A program made the position numbers and the translations under genes. Below, piece by piece: positions 1-7,848 of a stretch of 64,000 nt of DNA. The notes under the pieces were generated by a model, which saw nothing but the letters and a program-made list of their open reading frames with translations, did not search any database and was not told where the DNA came from. Position 1 is the first letter of the stretch. Every line of letters begins with the position of its first letter. The stretch is from Bacteroidales bacterium UBA6408 (GTDB taxonomy: Bacteria > Bacteroidota > Bacteroidia > Bacteroidales > UBA932): NCBI GenBank assembly GCA_002439805.1, contig DJPQ01000002.1, forward strand, positions 2,448 to 66,447. Direction: 5' to 3'.

Positions 1-57
1 ATATGCAGATGCCGCAGGACTGCACTCACCTGCTCAAACCGCATCGGAGGGGTAAAT

Positions 58-447
58 ATGAAATATGTCATACAGTTTCTGATTATTGCGGCATTCGCCT
101 TTGTCGGCGAACTGCTGCACCGGTTCATCCCGCTGCCGATTCCTGCAAGCATCTACGGGATAGTCCTGCTTTTCATCGCCCTTGAACTGAAATGGGTGAA
201 GGTCAGCGACATAAGGGAAGTAAGCTCTTTTCTCATCGCCGTCATGCCGATAATGTTCATTCCTGCGGCGGCCGGTCTGATGGAATCATGGGACGCCGTT
301 AAATCATCGATATGGGAATACGCCCTCATCACCGTCGTCAGCACATTCGTCGTAATGGGAGTCTCCGGCGCCGTCACGCAGTTTGTCATACGGTGCGGGA
401 AAAAGAAGGGAAAGAATCAGGGACACGAAGAAATGGAGGCCAGATAA
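58..447 (+). CDS. CidA/LrgA family holin-like membrane protein
   Basis: 129-aa ORF with about four hydrophobic helices and a basic tail (GKKKGKNQGH). An LrgB-type ORF follows after a 1-nt gap, the typical LrgA/LrgB pairing. Confidence 0.75.
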   Translation: MKYVIQFLIIAAFAFVGELLHRFIPLPIPASIYGIVLLFIALELKWVKVSDIREVSSFLIAVMPIMFIPAAAGLMESWDAVKSSIWEYALITVVSTFVVMGVSGAVTQFVIRCGKKKGKNQGHEEMEAR

Positions 448-448
448 T

Positions 449-1141
449 ATGTCACAGATATTTGAATCATCGGTATTCTTCGGAGTATTCATAAGCCTCT
501 CGTCCTACATTTTCGGCATCTGGCTAAAGAAAAAGACCGGCTGGGCACTCGCGAACCCGCTGCTGATTTCCATCATTCTGGTCATTGCGACGCTGTCCAT
601 GCTCGGAGTGAGCTATCAAAGCTACGCGAAGGGTGCGGACATCATCAGCTACCTCCTCACTCCTGCGACAATCTGTCTTGCAGTGCCTCTGTATCAGCAG
701 GTTGAACTTCTCAGGAAGAACTGGAAAGCCGTCGTCGCCGGCATCAGCGCAGGAGTCCTGTCCAGCCTTGTCTGCATCCTGCTGCTCGCCCTGCTGTTTC
801 ATCTCGACCATGCGGCATATGTCACATTCCTTCCTAAGTCAATCACCACGGCCATCGGGCTCGGTGTCTCCGAAGAACTCGGCGGCTACATTCCGGTGAC
901 AGTGGTTTCCATCATCATCACAGGAGTTCTGGGCAACATATTCGCTGAAAAATTCCTCCTTCTTCTCCGCATCAGCGAACCGATAGCCAAGGGCATAGCC
1001 ATCGGGACCGCCTCACACGCGGTAGGCACGGCAAAGGCGATGGAGATGGGAGCGGTGGAAGGTGCGATGAGCAGCCTCTCGATAGTCGTAAGCGGCATTC
1101 TCACCGTCGCCGGAGCATCTGTCTTCGCGATGTTTCTGTAG
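449..1141 (+). CDS. LrgB family membrane protein
   Basis: Polytopic membrane ORF, ending IAIGTASHAVGTAKAMEMGAVEGAMSSLSIV, typical of LrgB/CidB. Start moved from the track's 383 to the ATG at 449 (MSQIFESS), which avoids overlap with the upstream gene. Confidence 0.78.
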   Translation: MSQIFESSVFFGVFISLSSYIFGIWLKKKTGWALANPLLISIILVIATLSMLGVSYQSYAKGADIISYLLTPATICLAVPLYQQVELLRKNWKAVVAGISAGVLSSLVCILLLALLFHLDHAAYVTFLPKSITTAIGLGVSEELGGYIPVTVVSIIITGVLGNIFAEKFLLLLRISEPIAKGIAIGTASHAVGTAKAMEMGAVEGAMSSLSIVVSGILTVAGASVFAMFL

Positions 1142-1211
1142 ATAAATGCCGCAGCAGTCATAAACGACCGCAAACGAAACTGGACAGCATTGCCCCTGCA
1201 AGATTTTTCCG

Positions 1212-1219
1212 TATCTTTG
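1212..1219 (+). promoter_or_regulatory. Bacteroidetes-type -7 promoter box (TATCTTTG)
   Basis: Matches the established Bacteroides -7 consensus TAnnTTTG, 62 nt upstream of the helicase ATG at 1281. Confidence 0.45.
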
Positions 1220-1280
1220 TCACCGGCTTGGGATGTCACCGGAAGCCGTCGCCGGCGGCTTCGTAATTTTTTTTTGCAAC

Positions 1281-3038
1281 ATGGAAGATAGAAATTTTGA
1301 GGTTGAACTGGCGCGGTTTATCGTGGAGAAGACCCGCAGGAGCCTGTTTCTGACGGGAAAGGCCGGGACGGGAAAGACGACGTTTCTCAGGGACATCACA
1401 AGACACACGAAGAAAAAGCACATCGTGCTTGCCCCGACGGGCGTTGCGGCGGTCAATGCAGGGGCGATGACGATTCACTCCTTTTTCCAGTTCGGTCTCG
1501 GGGCCTATGTGCCCGGAGTCGTGGCTCCGCAGACGGGCTATTTCATCCGTAAGGCGAAGCTTGACCTGATACGCAGCCTCGACCTCATCATCATTGATGA
1601 GATTTCAATGGTCCGTGCCGACCTGCTCGACCACATCGACGCGGAACTCCGCAGGATACGGCGCAGCTACCTCCCCTTCGGAGGGGTGCAGCTTCTGATG
1701 ATCGGCGACCTCCAGCAGCTTCCGCCGATTGCGCACGGAGAGGAGGAAATGATTCTGAGGCAGCACTACAAGTCCCTGTATTTCTTTGACTGCAAGGCTC
1801 TTCAGAATCTGGAGTATTCCTGCATAGAGCTGAAGAACGTCTATCGTCAGAACGACTCTCATTTTGTCGGGATGCTCAACCGCGCACGGGTCGGCCGTCT
1901 CACGCAGGAGGACATCGACGAGCTGAACGCACGCTATCAACCGGGATTCGTTCCCCGTCCGGAAGACAACTACATCCGCCTTGTCACGCACAACCGCATG
2001 GTGCAGAGCGTGAACGAGGGGGAGATGACAAAGCTCGGCGGCGACGAATATGCCTTTGACGCAAAGGTCACCGGGACATTCCCCACGGAGTCTTTCCCGA
2101 CGGCGGAACGGCTTGTCCTGAAGAAGGGCGCTCAGGTGATGTTCATCAAGAACGACCCGGACAAGCGCTTCATAAACGGAACTCTGGGTGAGGTCTGCTA
2201 CCTGTGGAAGGACAAGATTAAGGTCCGGATTGCGGACACCGGTGTCACGATTGACGTCGAGCCGATGGAGTGGGAGAACATACGCTATCAGCTGGACGAG
2301 ACGGACAACAGCGTGAATTCCACCACAATAGGCAAGTTCAGGCAATATCCGGTGCGCCCGGCCTGGGCCATCACCATCCACAAGAGCCAGGGTCTGACAT
2401 TCGACCGCGCCATCATAGATGCCCGTGCGGCATTTTCGCCCGGCCAGGCATATGTCGCGCTCAGCCGCTGCCGCTCGCTCGAAGGAATCGTCCTCAGCTC
2501 CCCTCTCCGCGCCTCGGCGTTCATGACCGACACGACCATCGACGACTTTCTCCAAAGCCGTCTCGCCGATGCCAGGGAGCTTGCCTCCGAGGTCGCCTTC
2601 GTTCCGTTCGACTACGACCGCAGCAAGGACAGGCCGGAGCCGAAAATCGGCAACAAGGTCGCTTCGGGACCGTCAGTTACCATTCTTGACAAAGCGACGG
2701 CTCATGAAATATCCGAGGGCTTATCAAGTCCATGTTTCAGTAAAGAATCCGGTAAAACATCTGCGGGCAAGTCCGGAACCGGAGACGCAAATGCCGTCAG
2801 CGCCAAACTCATCGCCGCGTTAAAATCCTGGAGACTCGAAAAGGCGCATGAACTCAATGTTCCGGCATTCTACATCCTCAGCAACAAGGTTCTCGACAAC
2901 ATCGCGGCATATCTTCCTCACAATCAAGAAGAACTCCTAGAAGTACCGGGCATCGGCCCGGCAAAGGCCGAAGGCTACGGGGCGGCAATACTGAAGATAG
3001 TGCAGGAAAACAGCGACGGACTCGCCTCGCGACGGTAG
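1281..3038 (+). CDS. Pif1/RecD-like SF1 ATP-dependent DNA helicase with C-terminal HRDC domain
   Basis: Walker A LTGKAGTGKTTF and Walker B IIIDEISMV. Pif1/RecD-type C-terminal motifs AITIHKSQGLTF and YVALSRCRS. HRDC-like tail (LIAALKSWRLEKAHELNVPAFYILSNKVLDNIA...VPGIGPAKAEGYG). Start chosen at MEDRNFEV (1281). Confidence 0.82.
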   Translation: MEDRNFEVELARFIVEKTRRSLFLTGKAGTGKTTFLRDITRHTKKKHIVLAPTGVAAVNAGAMTIHSFFQFGLGAYVPGVVAPQTGYFIRKAKLDLIRSLDLIIIDEISMVRADLLDHIDAELRRIRRSYLPFGGVQLLMIGDLQQLPPIAHGEEEMILRQHYKSLYFFDCKALQNLEYSCIELKNVYRQNDSHFVGMLNRARVGRLTQEDIDELNARYQPGFVPRPEDNYIRLVTHNRMVQSVNEGEMTKLGGDEYAFDAKVTGTFPTESFPTAERLVLKKGAQVMFIKNDPDKRFINGTLGEVCYLWKDKIKVRIADTGVTIDVEPMEWENIRYQLDETDNSVNSTTIGKFRQYPVRPAWAITIHKSQGLTFDRAIIDARAAFSPGQAYVALSRCRSLEGIVLSSPLRASAFMTDTTIDDFLQSRLADARELASEVAFVPFDYDRSKDRPEPKIGNKVASGPSVTILDKATAHEISEGLSSPCFSKESGKTSAGKSGTGDANAVSAKLIAALKSWRLEKAHELNVPAFYILSNKVLDNIAAYLPHNQEELLEVPGIGPAKAEGYGAAILKIVQENSDGLASRR

Positions 3039-3043
3039 CGTAC

Positions 3044-4510
3044 CTATTTCCGGTCACGGCGGAGCTTCCAGAGGAAGAAGAGGGTGAGAGAGAGGAGGAA
3101 GGCGGCGGAGCCGATGGCACAGTTCCATGTGTTCGGGAGGTTGAAGCCTATCTTTGCTATGCAGAGGTAGGTGGTGCAGACGGCGGTCATGAAGGCTGCC
3201 GGGAAGAGCGTCAGGAGATAGGCCGCGGAGCCCTTCGGCTTGGACTTCACGAGATAGGCCGTGGCGGTCCAGAGCATGAAGACCGCAAGGGTCTGGTTCG
3301 CCCAGCCGAAATAGCGCCAGATGACGTTGAAACCGTCCTCGTCGGCGATGTTGTACCAGAGCAGCAGGCCGGCGACGGCAAAAAGCGGAATGCTGATTAT
3401 CAGACGGTTGCGGACGGGCTTCTGGTTCAGATGCAGGAAATCCGCGACAATCAGACGTGCGCTGCGGAAAGCCGTGTCGCCGCTCGTGATTGGAGCCGCC
3501 ACTACGCCGAGCACAGCGAGAATGCCGCCGAGCACTCCCAGCCAGCTCTTGGAAACATTCACGACAACTTCCGGAGCAGCCGCATGAAGCGTGGAGCCCA
3601 CGGCCTCGGCGCCTCCGTCAAAGAAGAACCAGGAAGAAACCGTTGCCCAGATGAGCGCCACGATGCCCTCGGTAATCATCGCCCCGTAGAACACCGGCCT
3701 TCCGAGCTTCTCGTCCGTGAGGCAGCGGGCCATCAGCGGAGACTGCGTCGCGTGGAAGCCGCTCACCGCGCCGCAGGCAATCGTGATGAACAGACACGGG
3801 AAAATCGGCTGGCCGCTCAGCAGTCCCTTCTCCTCGCCAAGGTTGCCCAGTCCGTCCCAGAGTTCCGGCAGTGACGGCCACTTGACAAAGAGGCAGGCCA
3901 TCAGCGCCACCGCCATAAAGATCAGGGCGAAGGCGAAAATCGGATAGATGCGCCCGATAATCTTATCGACGGGAAGAAGCGTGGCCAGAAGGTAGTAGAG
4001 GAATATGACGCCGACCCAAATCATGATGGCAATCTTGGACCCGTCGCCCGCGATGTCGCCGAGAATCAGCGCGGGGCTGAACACGAACACCGTGCCCACG
4101 AGCATCAGGACAATGATTGAGAATGCAAGGATGAACTTCTTTGTTCCGTTTCCGAGATATGTGCCCACAAGATCCGGGAGTCCCGCGCCGTCGTTGCGAA
4201 TGGAGAGCATCCCGGTGAAGAAATCATGAACGGCTCCGGCAAAGATGCAGCCTAAGACAATCCAGAGATAGGACGACGGGCCGAACTTCGCGCCCATAAT
4301 CGCTCCGAAGATAGGTCCGGTTCCCGCTATGTTCAGAAACTGGACCATATAGACCTTCCATGCCGGCATCGGCACATAGTCAACGCCGTCGGCCCTTGTG
4401 ACGGCCGGAGTTTTTCTTGCGGAGTCAATCCCGAAGACGCGCTCGACGAAGCGTCCATAGAGGAAATAGCCCAGAACGAGGGCGGCGAGGCTTATAAGAA
4501 ACGAGAACAT
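3044..4510 (-). CDS. cstA: carbon starvation protein A (peptide/pyruvate transporter family)
   Basis: 488-aa polytopic membrane protein with CstA-type N-terminus (LGYFLYGRFVERVFG...TPA...DGVDYVPMP..VYMVQFLNIAGTGPIFGAI). Confidence 0.85.
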   Translation of the reverse strand: MFSFLISLAALVLGYFLYGRFVERVFGIDSARKTPAVTRADGVDYVPMPAWKVYMVQFLNIAGTGPIFGAIMGAKFGPSSYLWIVLGCIFAGAVHDFFTGMLSIRNDGAGLPDLVGTYLGNGTKKFILAFSIIVLMLVGTVFVFSPALILGDIAGDGSKIAIMIWVGVIFLYYLLATLLPVDKIIGRIYPIFAFALIFMAVALMACLFVKWPSLPELWDGLGNLGEEKGLLSGQPIFPCLFITIACGAVSGFHATQSPLMARCLTDEKLGRPVFYGAMITEGIVALIWATVSSWFFFDGGAEAVGSTLHAAAPEVVVNVSKSWLGVLGGILAVLGVVAAPITSGDTAFRSARLIVADFLHLNQKPVRNRLIISIPLFAVAGLLLWYNIADEDGFNVIWRYFGWANQTLAVFMLWTATAYLVKSKPKGSAAYLLTLFPAAFMTAVCTTYLCIAKIGFNLPNTWNCAIGSAAFLLSLTLFFLWKLRRDRK

Positions 4511-4538
4511 TGCGATTGATGATTATTAAGAAACCTTC

Positions 4539-4570
4539 AAAAAAATGGGCCGCTGTTTTCAGCGACCCAT
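4539..4570 (-). terminator. hairpin plus T-tract terminator downstream of the H1-like gene
   Basis: Stem atgggccgctg / cagcgacccat (one mismatch) with a 4-nt loop. It is followed on the minus strand by TTTTTTT (forward A-run 4539-4545) and lies 19 nt past the stop at 4589. Confidence 0.55.
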
Positions 4571-4588
4571 TTCTTTGAGTTCCGAAAC

Positions 4589-4762
4589 TTATTTTGAAGC
4601 TTCAACAGAAACCTTGCGGAATTCCTTGAGGTCCTTCATAAGTTCGAGCGCATTCTTACGCGCACGCGCACCGGCAGCCTTGTTGCCCTTGACAACCTGC
4701 GCCTCAGCGTTTGCCTGAAATTCTGCAATTTCAGCATTGATTTTAGCTACGAGCTCTTTCAT
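4589..4762 (-). CDS. histone H1-like small basic DNA-binding protein (57 aa)
   Basis: My own translation: MKELVAKINAEIAEFQANAEAQVVKGNKAAGARARKNALELMKDLKEFRKVSVEASK. It is below the 60-aa track cutoff, Lys/Ala-rich, and matches the roughly 58-aa Bacteroidetes proteins usually annotated histone H1. Its own terminator hairpin follows. Confidence 0.75.
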   Translation of the reverse strand: MKELVAKINAEIAEFQANAEAQVVKGNKAAGARARKNALELMKDLKEFRKVSVEASK

Positions 4763-4933
4763 GATATTTAATTTTAAATTAGTAATTGAAAAATTCTTTC
4801 AAAACCGATGCAAGTTAGGCAGAAAAACATTAAGATGCAAATATTCAGGGCATTTTTTGCATTTTAGAGGCAAATTAGCGACATTTGCATAAACATTTAG
4901 CGCTATTCGCATAAACAAAAAAAACAATTATTC

Positions 4934-5236
4934 ATGAAAATTTCTCCAAAGTTCAAAGTACGCTCGATGGCCGGGCAGAACGTCATCATAATGCAGGGCA
5001 AATATGGCGGCGACATGACAAAGATCATATCCCTCAACGACACGTCACTTTTTCTGTGGAACACGTTTCACGGCAAGGAATTCACCGCATTCGACGTCAT
5101 CGAGGCGCTTCAGAAGGAATATGGCATCGACCATGAGACTGCCGCGACGGACGGTCAGGCGTGGTGCAGCAAGCTCGTCGAGTGCGGACTCATAGAGAAC
5201 GGATCCCAAGAAAAACTTTCCGATATAAAACAGTAG
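4934..5236 (+). CDS. PqqD family (RRE-type) peptide-binding protein
   Basis: 100-aa ORF with the PqqD-like pattern (VIIM...K.ISLNDTSLFLWN......F...DVIEALQKEYGIDHETAATDGQAWCSKLVECGLIE). Confidence 0.62.
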   Translation: MKISPKFKVRSMAGQNVIIMQGKYGGDMTKIISLNDTSLFLWNTFHGKEFTAFDVIEALQKEYGIDHETAATDGQAWCSKLVECGLIENGSQEKLSDIKQ

Positions 5237-5239
5237 GTC

Positions 5240-6124
5240 ATGCCGGTCACACTTTCAATCGCCGGCTTCAGGTTCAGATTCGACGGGCCTGATGTGACCG
5301 GATTCATCCACGCGATGCCTTTCTTCCGTCCGTTTCTTGTTCAGGAACAGGATGCCGCGGCGGATTTCCGTGTTTCGGAAGAACTTGACGAGGACAATGT
5401 GAGCAGACTGAAGGAAAGGTTCGGGAAAACTGACAGCTACTTTGACGTTGCGTTCGAGGACGTGGAATGCAGTTTCTACCGCGACGGGGACATGATTGTC
5501 TTCCATATGACGGAGGAACATTCGGGCAAGGAACTCTGGGAGACTTGGAACATAGGAGACACGACGGTGAGAACCTCTATTGTCCGGGCGACCGCGACGA
5601 TGTACAGATATGCGCTGTGGACAGCGGTGAATTTCCTGACCTGCCTTCGCGGATGCCTTGCCATCCACTGCTCCGCCAACGTGTTCGACGGCCGCACGGC
5701 CATTTTTCTAGGAGAATCCGGAACAGGAAAGAGCACGCACACGAGACTTCTGCGCGAAAGGTACCCGGAGTCGTTTCTGCTGAACGACGACAGTCCGTTC
5801 ATCAGGGTGATGCCGGACGGCAGGGTGATGGTATTCGGCTCGCCTTGGAGCGGCAAGACTCCTTGCTACAAGGCAGAGGCATATCCGCTCGCGGCGATAG
5901 TGCGTCTGAGCCAGGCTCCTTACAACAGGATTCACCGGCTGAACCCCGTACAGGCCATAGGGGCGCTGCTTCCTTCGGCTCCGCCCGCGCTGAACTATAC
6001 GGAAGAGACTTCCGACGCTGTCTGCAACTACATTTCTGATGTTCTGGCTGAAGTTCCGGCGTGGTCTCTTGAATGCCTCCCGAATACGGAAGCTGCGGAA
6101 CTTTCTCACGATACTGTTCTGTGA
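5240..6124 (+). CDS. HPr-kinase-C-terminal-like P-loop protein (HprK-related kinase)
   Basis: IHCSANVFDGRTAIFLGESGTGKSTHTRLL....FLLNDDSPFI resembles the HprK/P C-terminal fold (P-loop followed by the DD motif). It starts 3 nt after the PqqD-like ORF. Confidence 0.55.
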   Translation: MPVTLSIAGFRFRFDGPDVTGFIHAMPFFRPFLVQEQDAAADFRVSEELDEDNVSRLKERFGKTDSYFDVAFEDVECSFYRDGDMIVFHMTEEHSGKELWETWNIGDTTVRTSIVRATATMYRYALWTAVNFLTCLRGCLAIHCSANVFDGRTAIFLGESGTGKSTHTRLLRERYPESFLLNDDSPFIRVMPDGRVMVFGSPWSGKTPCYKAEAYPLAAIVRLSQAPYNRIHRLNPVQAIGALLPSAPPALNYTEETSDAVCNYISDVLAEVPAWSLECLPNTEAAELSHDTVL

Positions 6125-6196
6125 GCCAGCTATGGGAGTCGAACCCACGACCTTCGCGTTACGAATGCGATGCTCTACCAACTAAGCTAAACTGGC
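6124..6196 (-). tRNA. tRNA-Thr (anticodon CGU)
   Basis: Minus strand reads GCCAGTTTAGCTTAGTTGGTAGAGCATCGCATTCGTAACGCGAAGGTCGTGGGTTCGACTCCCATAGCTGGCT. Acceptor GCCAGTT/AGCTGGC, T-loop GGTTCGACTCC, anticodon loop TTCGTAA giving CGT. CCA is not encoded. The 3' base overlaps the stop codon of the convergent ORF ending at 6124. Confidence 0.85.
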
Positions 6197-6330
6197 TTTG
6201 GCCTCAGTCTGCGGACCGTTGTCCGAAGAAAGGACTGCAAAGATAGTAATTTTCTGAATAAATCTCACTCATTTGGACAAATTTTCTGCATTCGGGGATA
6301 TTTTTCTTCGTGCAGACGGAATAAATATAT

Positions 6331-7848
6331 ATGATACCGATGGAAAAGGAGAGATACAGCGACATTCTGATTATAGGAGGAGGCGCGGCGGGGCTCATGG
6401 CGGCCGTCGGAGCGGGCTCATGTCCAGTCTCCGTCCATGACTCCGGGGTCTCAGGAGAAATGAACGGGAAGGCGGAGGAAAACACTCGGGTGAAGGTCAC
6501 GGTGCTCGAAAAGATGCCGAGGGTCGGACGAAAGATCATGATCAGCGGAAAGGGACGCTGCAATTTCACGAATATGTCGGATTGGAACGAGTTTTCGCTG
6601 CATGTCCATCCCAAGGCCGACTTCCTCAAGCCGGCGTTCTTCGCCCTTCCGCCGGTGAAGATGATGGAAATGATTGAGGCTCACGGATGTCCTTGCGTCG
6701 TGGAGCGGGGAGGAAGGGTGTTCCCGGAATCGCACCGGGCGGCAGATGTGGTCGATGTTCTGCTGCGGATGGCTGAGGAGTCGGGAGCGGAGATTGTCAC
6801 GGGATGCGAGGTCAGCGACATCGGCCTCAATGAACGCGGGGAATTCGTCGTCGCCGCAAAGACGGGCAACTTCATATCCCGCAGCCTCATAATCACGACC
6901 GGGGGGCTCTCCTACCCAGCCACAGGTTCAACCGGAGACGGCTACAGGTGGGCAAGGGAGTTCGGTCACAGGGTCAGCGAGCGTTTCCCATCGCTCACTG
7001 CGATTGTGCCGGCGGGATACAAAATCAATAGAGCAACGGACAACAATGCGACAGCTTCAGAGAAAGCAGGCGGAGCACATTCAGCGGTATTTGAAGACGC
7101 AGGTGTGAGCGGCCGGGAAGAATACCGGGAACAAAAGGGACACATTGACCGCGTCGTGCCGCTGACCGAATGGGGACGGCAGCTCGCCGGGATTCAGCTC
7201 AGGAACGTGAGGCTAACGGTTGAGGCTGACGGAAGCACCCTGGACTCGGAGTTCGGGGACTTGGACTTCACGGACGGAGGCATCGAGGGACCGATTGGGT
7301 TCAGACTCAGCCGCAGAACCGTCAAGGCGCTCAGGAATGGTTTCAAGGTCACGGCTCACATAGACCTCAAGCCCGCCGTTGAGCCGGAGCAGCTGGAGCG
7401 CAGGATCGACGAACTATGGAAGGAAATCACCAATGATAAACGCAGCTACACCCTCGTCAGAGGAAGGCAGACTTTACGCCCCTACAAGGAACGCTTTGCC
7501 GTGCTGCTCACCAAGCTGCTGCCCAAGGAACTTATTCGGCCGTTCGCGGCATCGTTCCGGAGTCTTGACAGCCGCAATCTCGGGAAAGCACTGAAAGACT
7601 GGAAGATGCAGGTGACGGGATATGTCGGCTACGAGCGCTGCGTGGTCACAGCCGGCGGCGTGGCTCTTGACGAAATCAACAGAAAAGACCTGGAATCCAA
7701 ACTGGTTCCAGGCCTTCACTTTGCGGGCGAGGTGCTTGACCTTGACGGCGACACCGGCGGGTATAATCTGCAGATTGCCTTTTCTACCGGATTCCTTGCC
7801 GGGATGGGGGCGGGGCGAAAAACTATAGCAGGTCCATCACCTGATTGA
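6331..7848 (+). CDS. NAD(P)/FAD-dependent oxidoreductase, HI0933/YhiN (BaiN-like) family
   Basis: N-terminal dinucleotide fold DILIIGGGAAGLMAA, then GRKIMISGKGRCNFTN, and C-terminal GLHFAGEVLDLDGDTGGYNLQIAFSTG, typical of the HI0933-like family. Carries extra inserts (see findings). Confidence 0.75.
   Translation: MIPMEKERYSDILIIGGGAAGLMAAVGAGSCPVSVHDSGVSGEMNGKAEENTRVKVTVLEKMPRVGRKIMISGKGRCNFTNMSDWNEFSLHVHPKADFLKPAFFALPPVKMMEMIEAHGCPCVVERGGRVFPESHRAADVVDVLLRMAEESGAEIVTGCEVSDIGLNERGEFVVAAKTGNFISRSLIITTGGLSYPATGSTGDGYRWAREFGHRVSERFPSLTAIVPAGYKINRATDNNATASEKAGGAHSAVFEDAGVSGREEYREQKGHIDRVVPLTEWGRQLAGIQLRNVRLTVEADGSTLDSEFGDLDFTDGGIEGPIGFRLSRRTVKALRNGFKVTAHIDLKPAVEPEQLERRIDELWKEITNDKRSYTLVRGRQTLRPYKERFAVLLTKLLPKELIRPFAASFRSLDSRNLGKALKDWKMQVTGYVGYERCVVTAGGVALDEINRKDLESKLVPGLHFAGEVLDLDGDTGGYNLQIAFSTGFLAGMGAGRKTIAGPSPD

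Noticed and set aside
1605-2555. 316-aa ORF antisense to the helicase
   Set aside because: Shadow ORF inside a CDS that has clear Walker A/B and HRDC motifs on the other strand.
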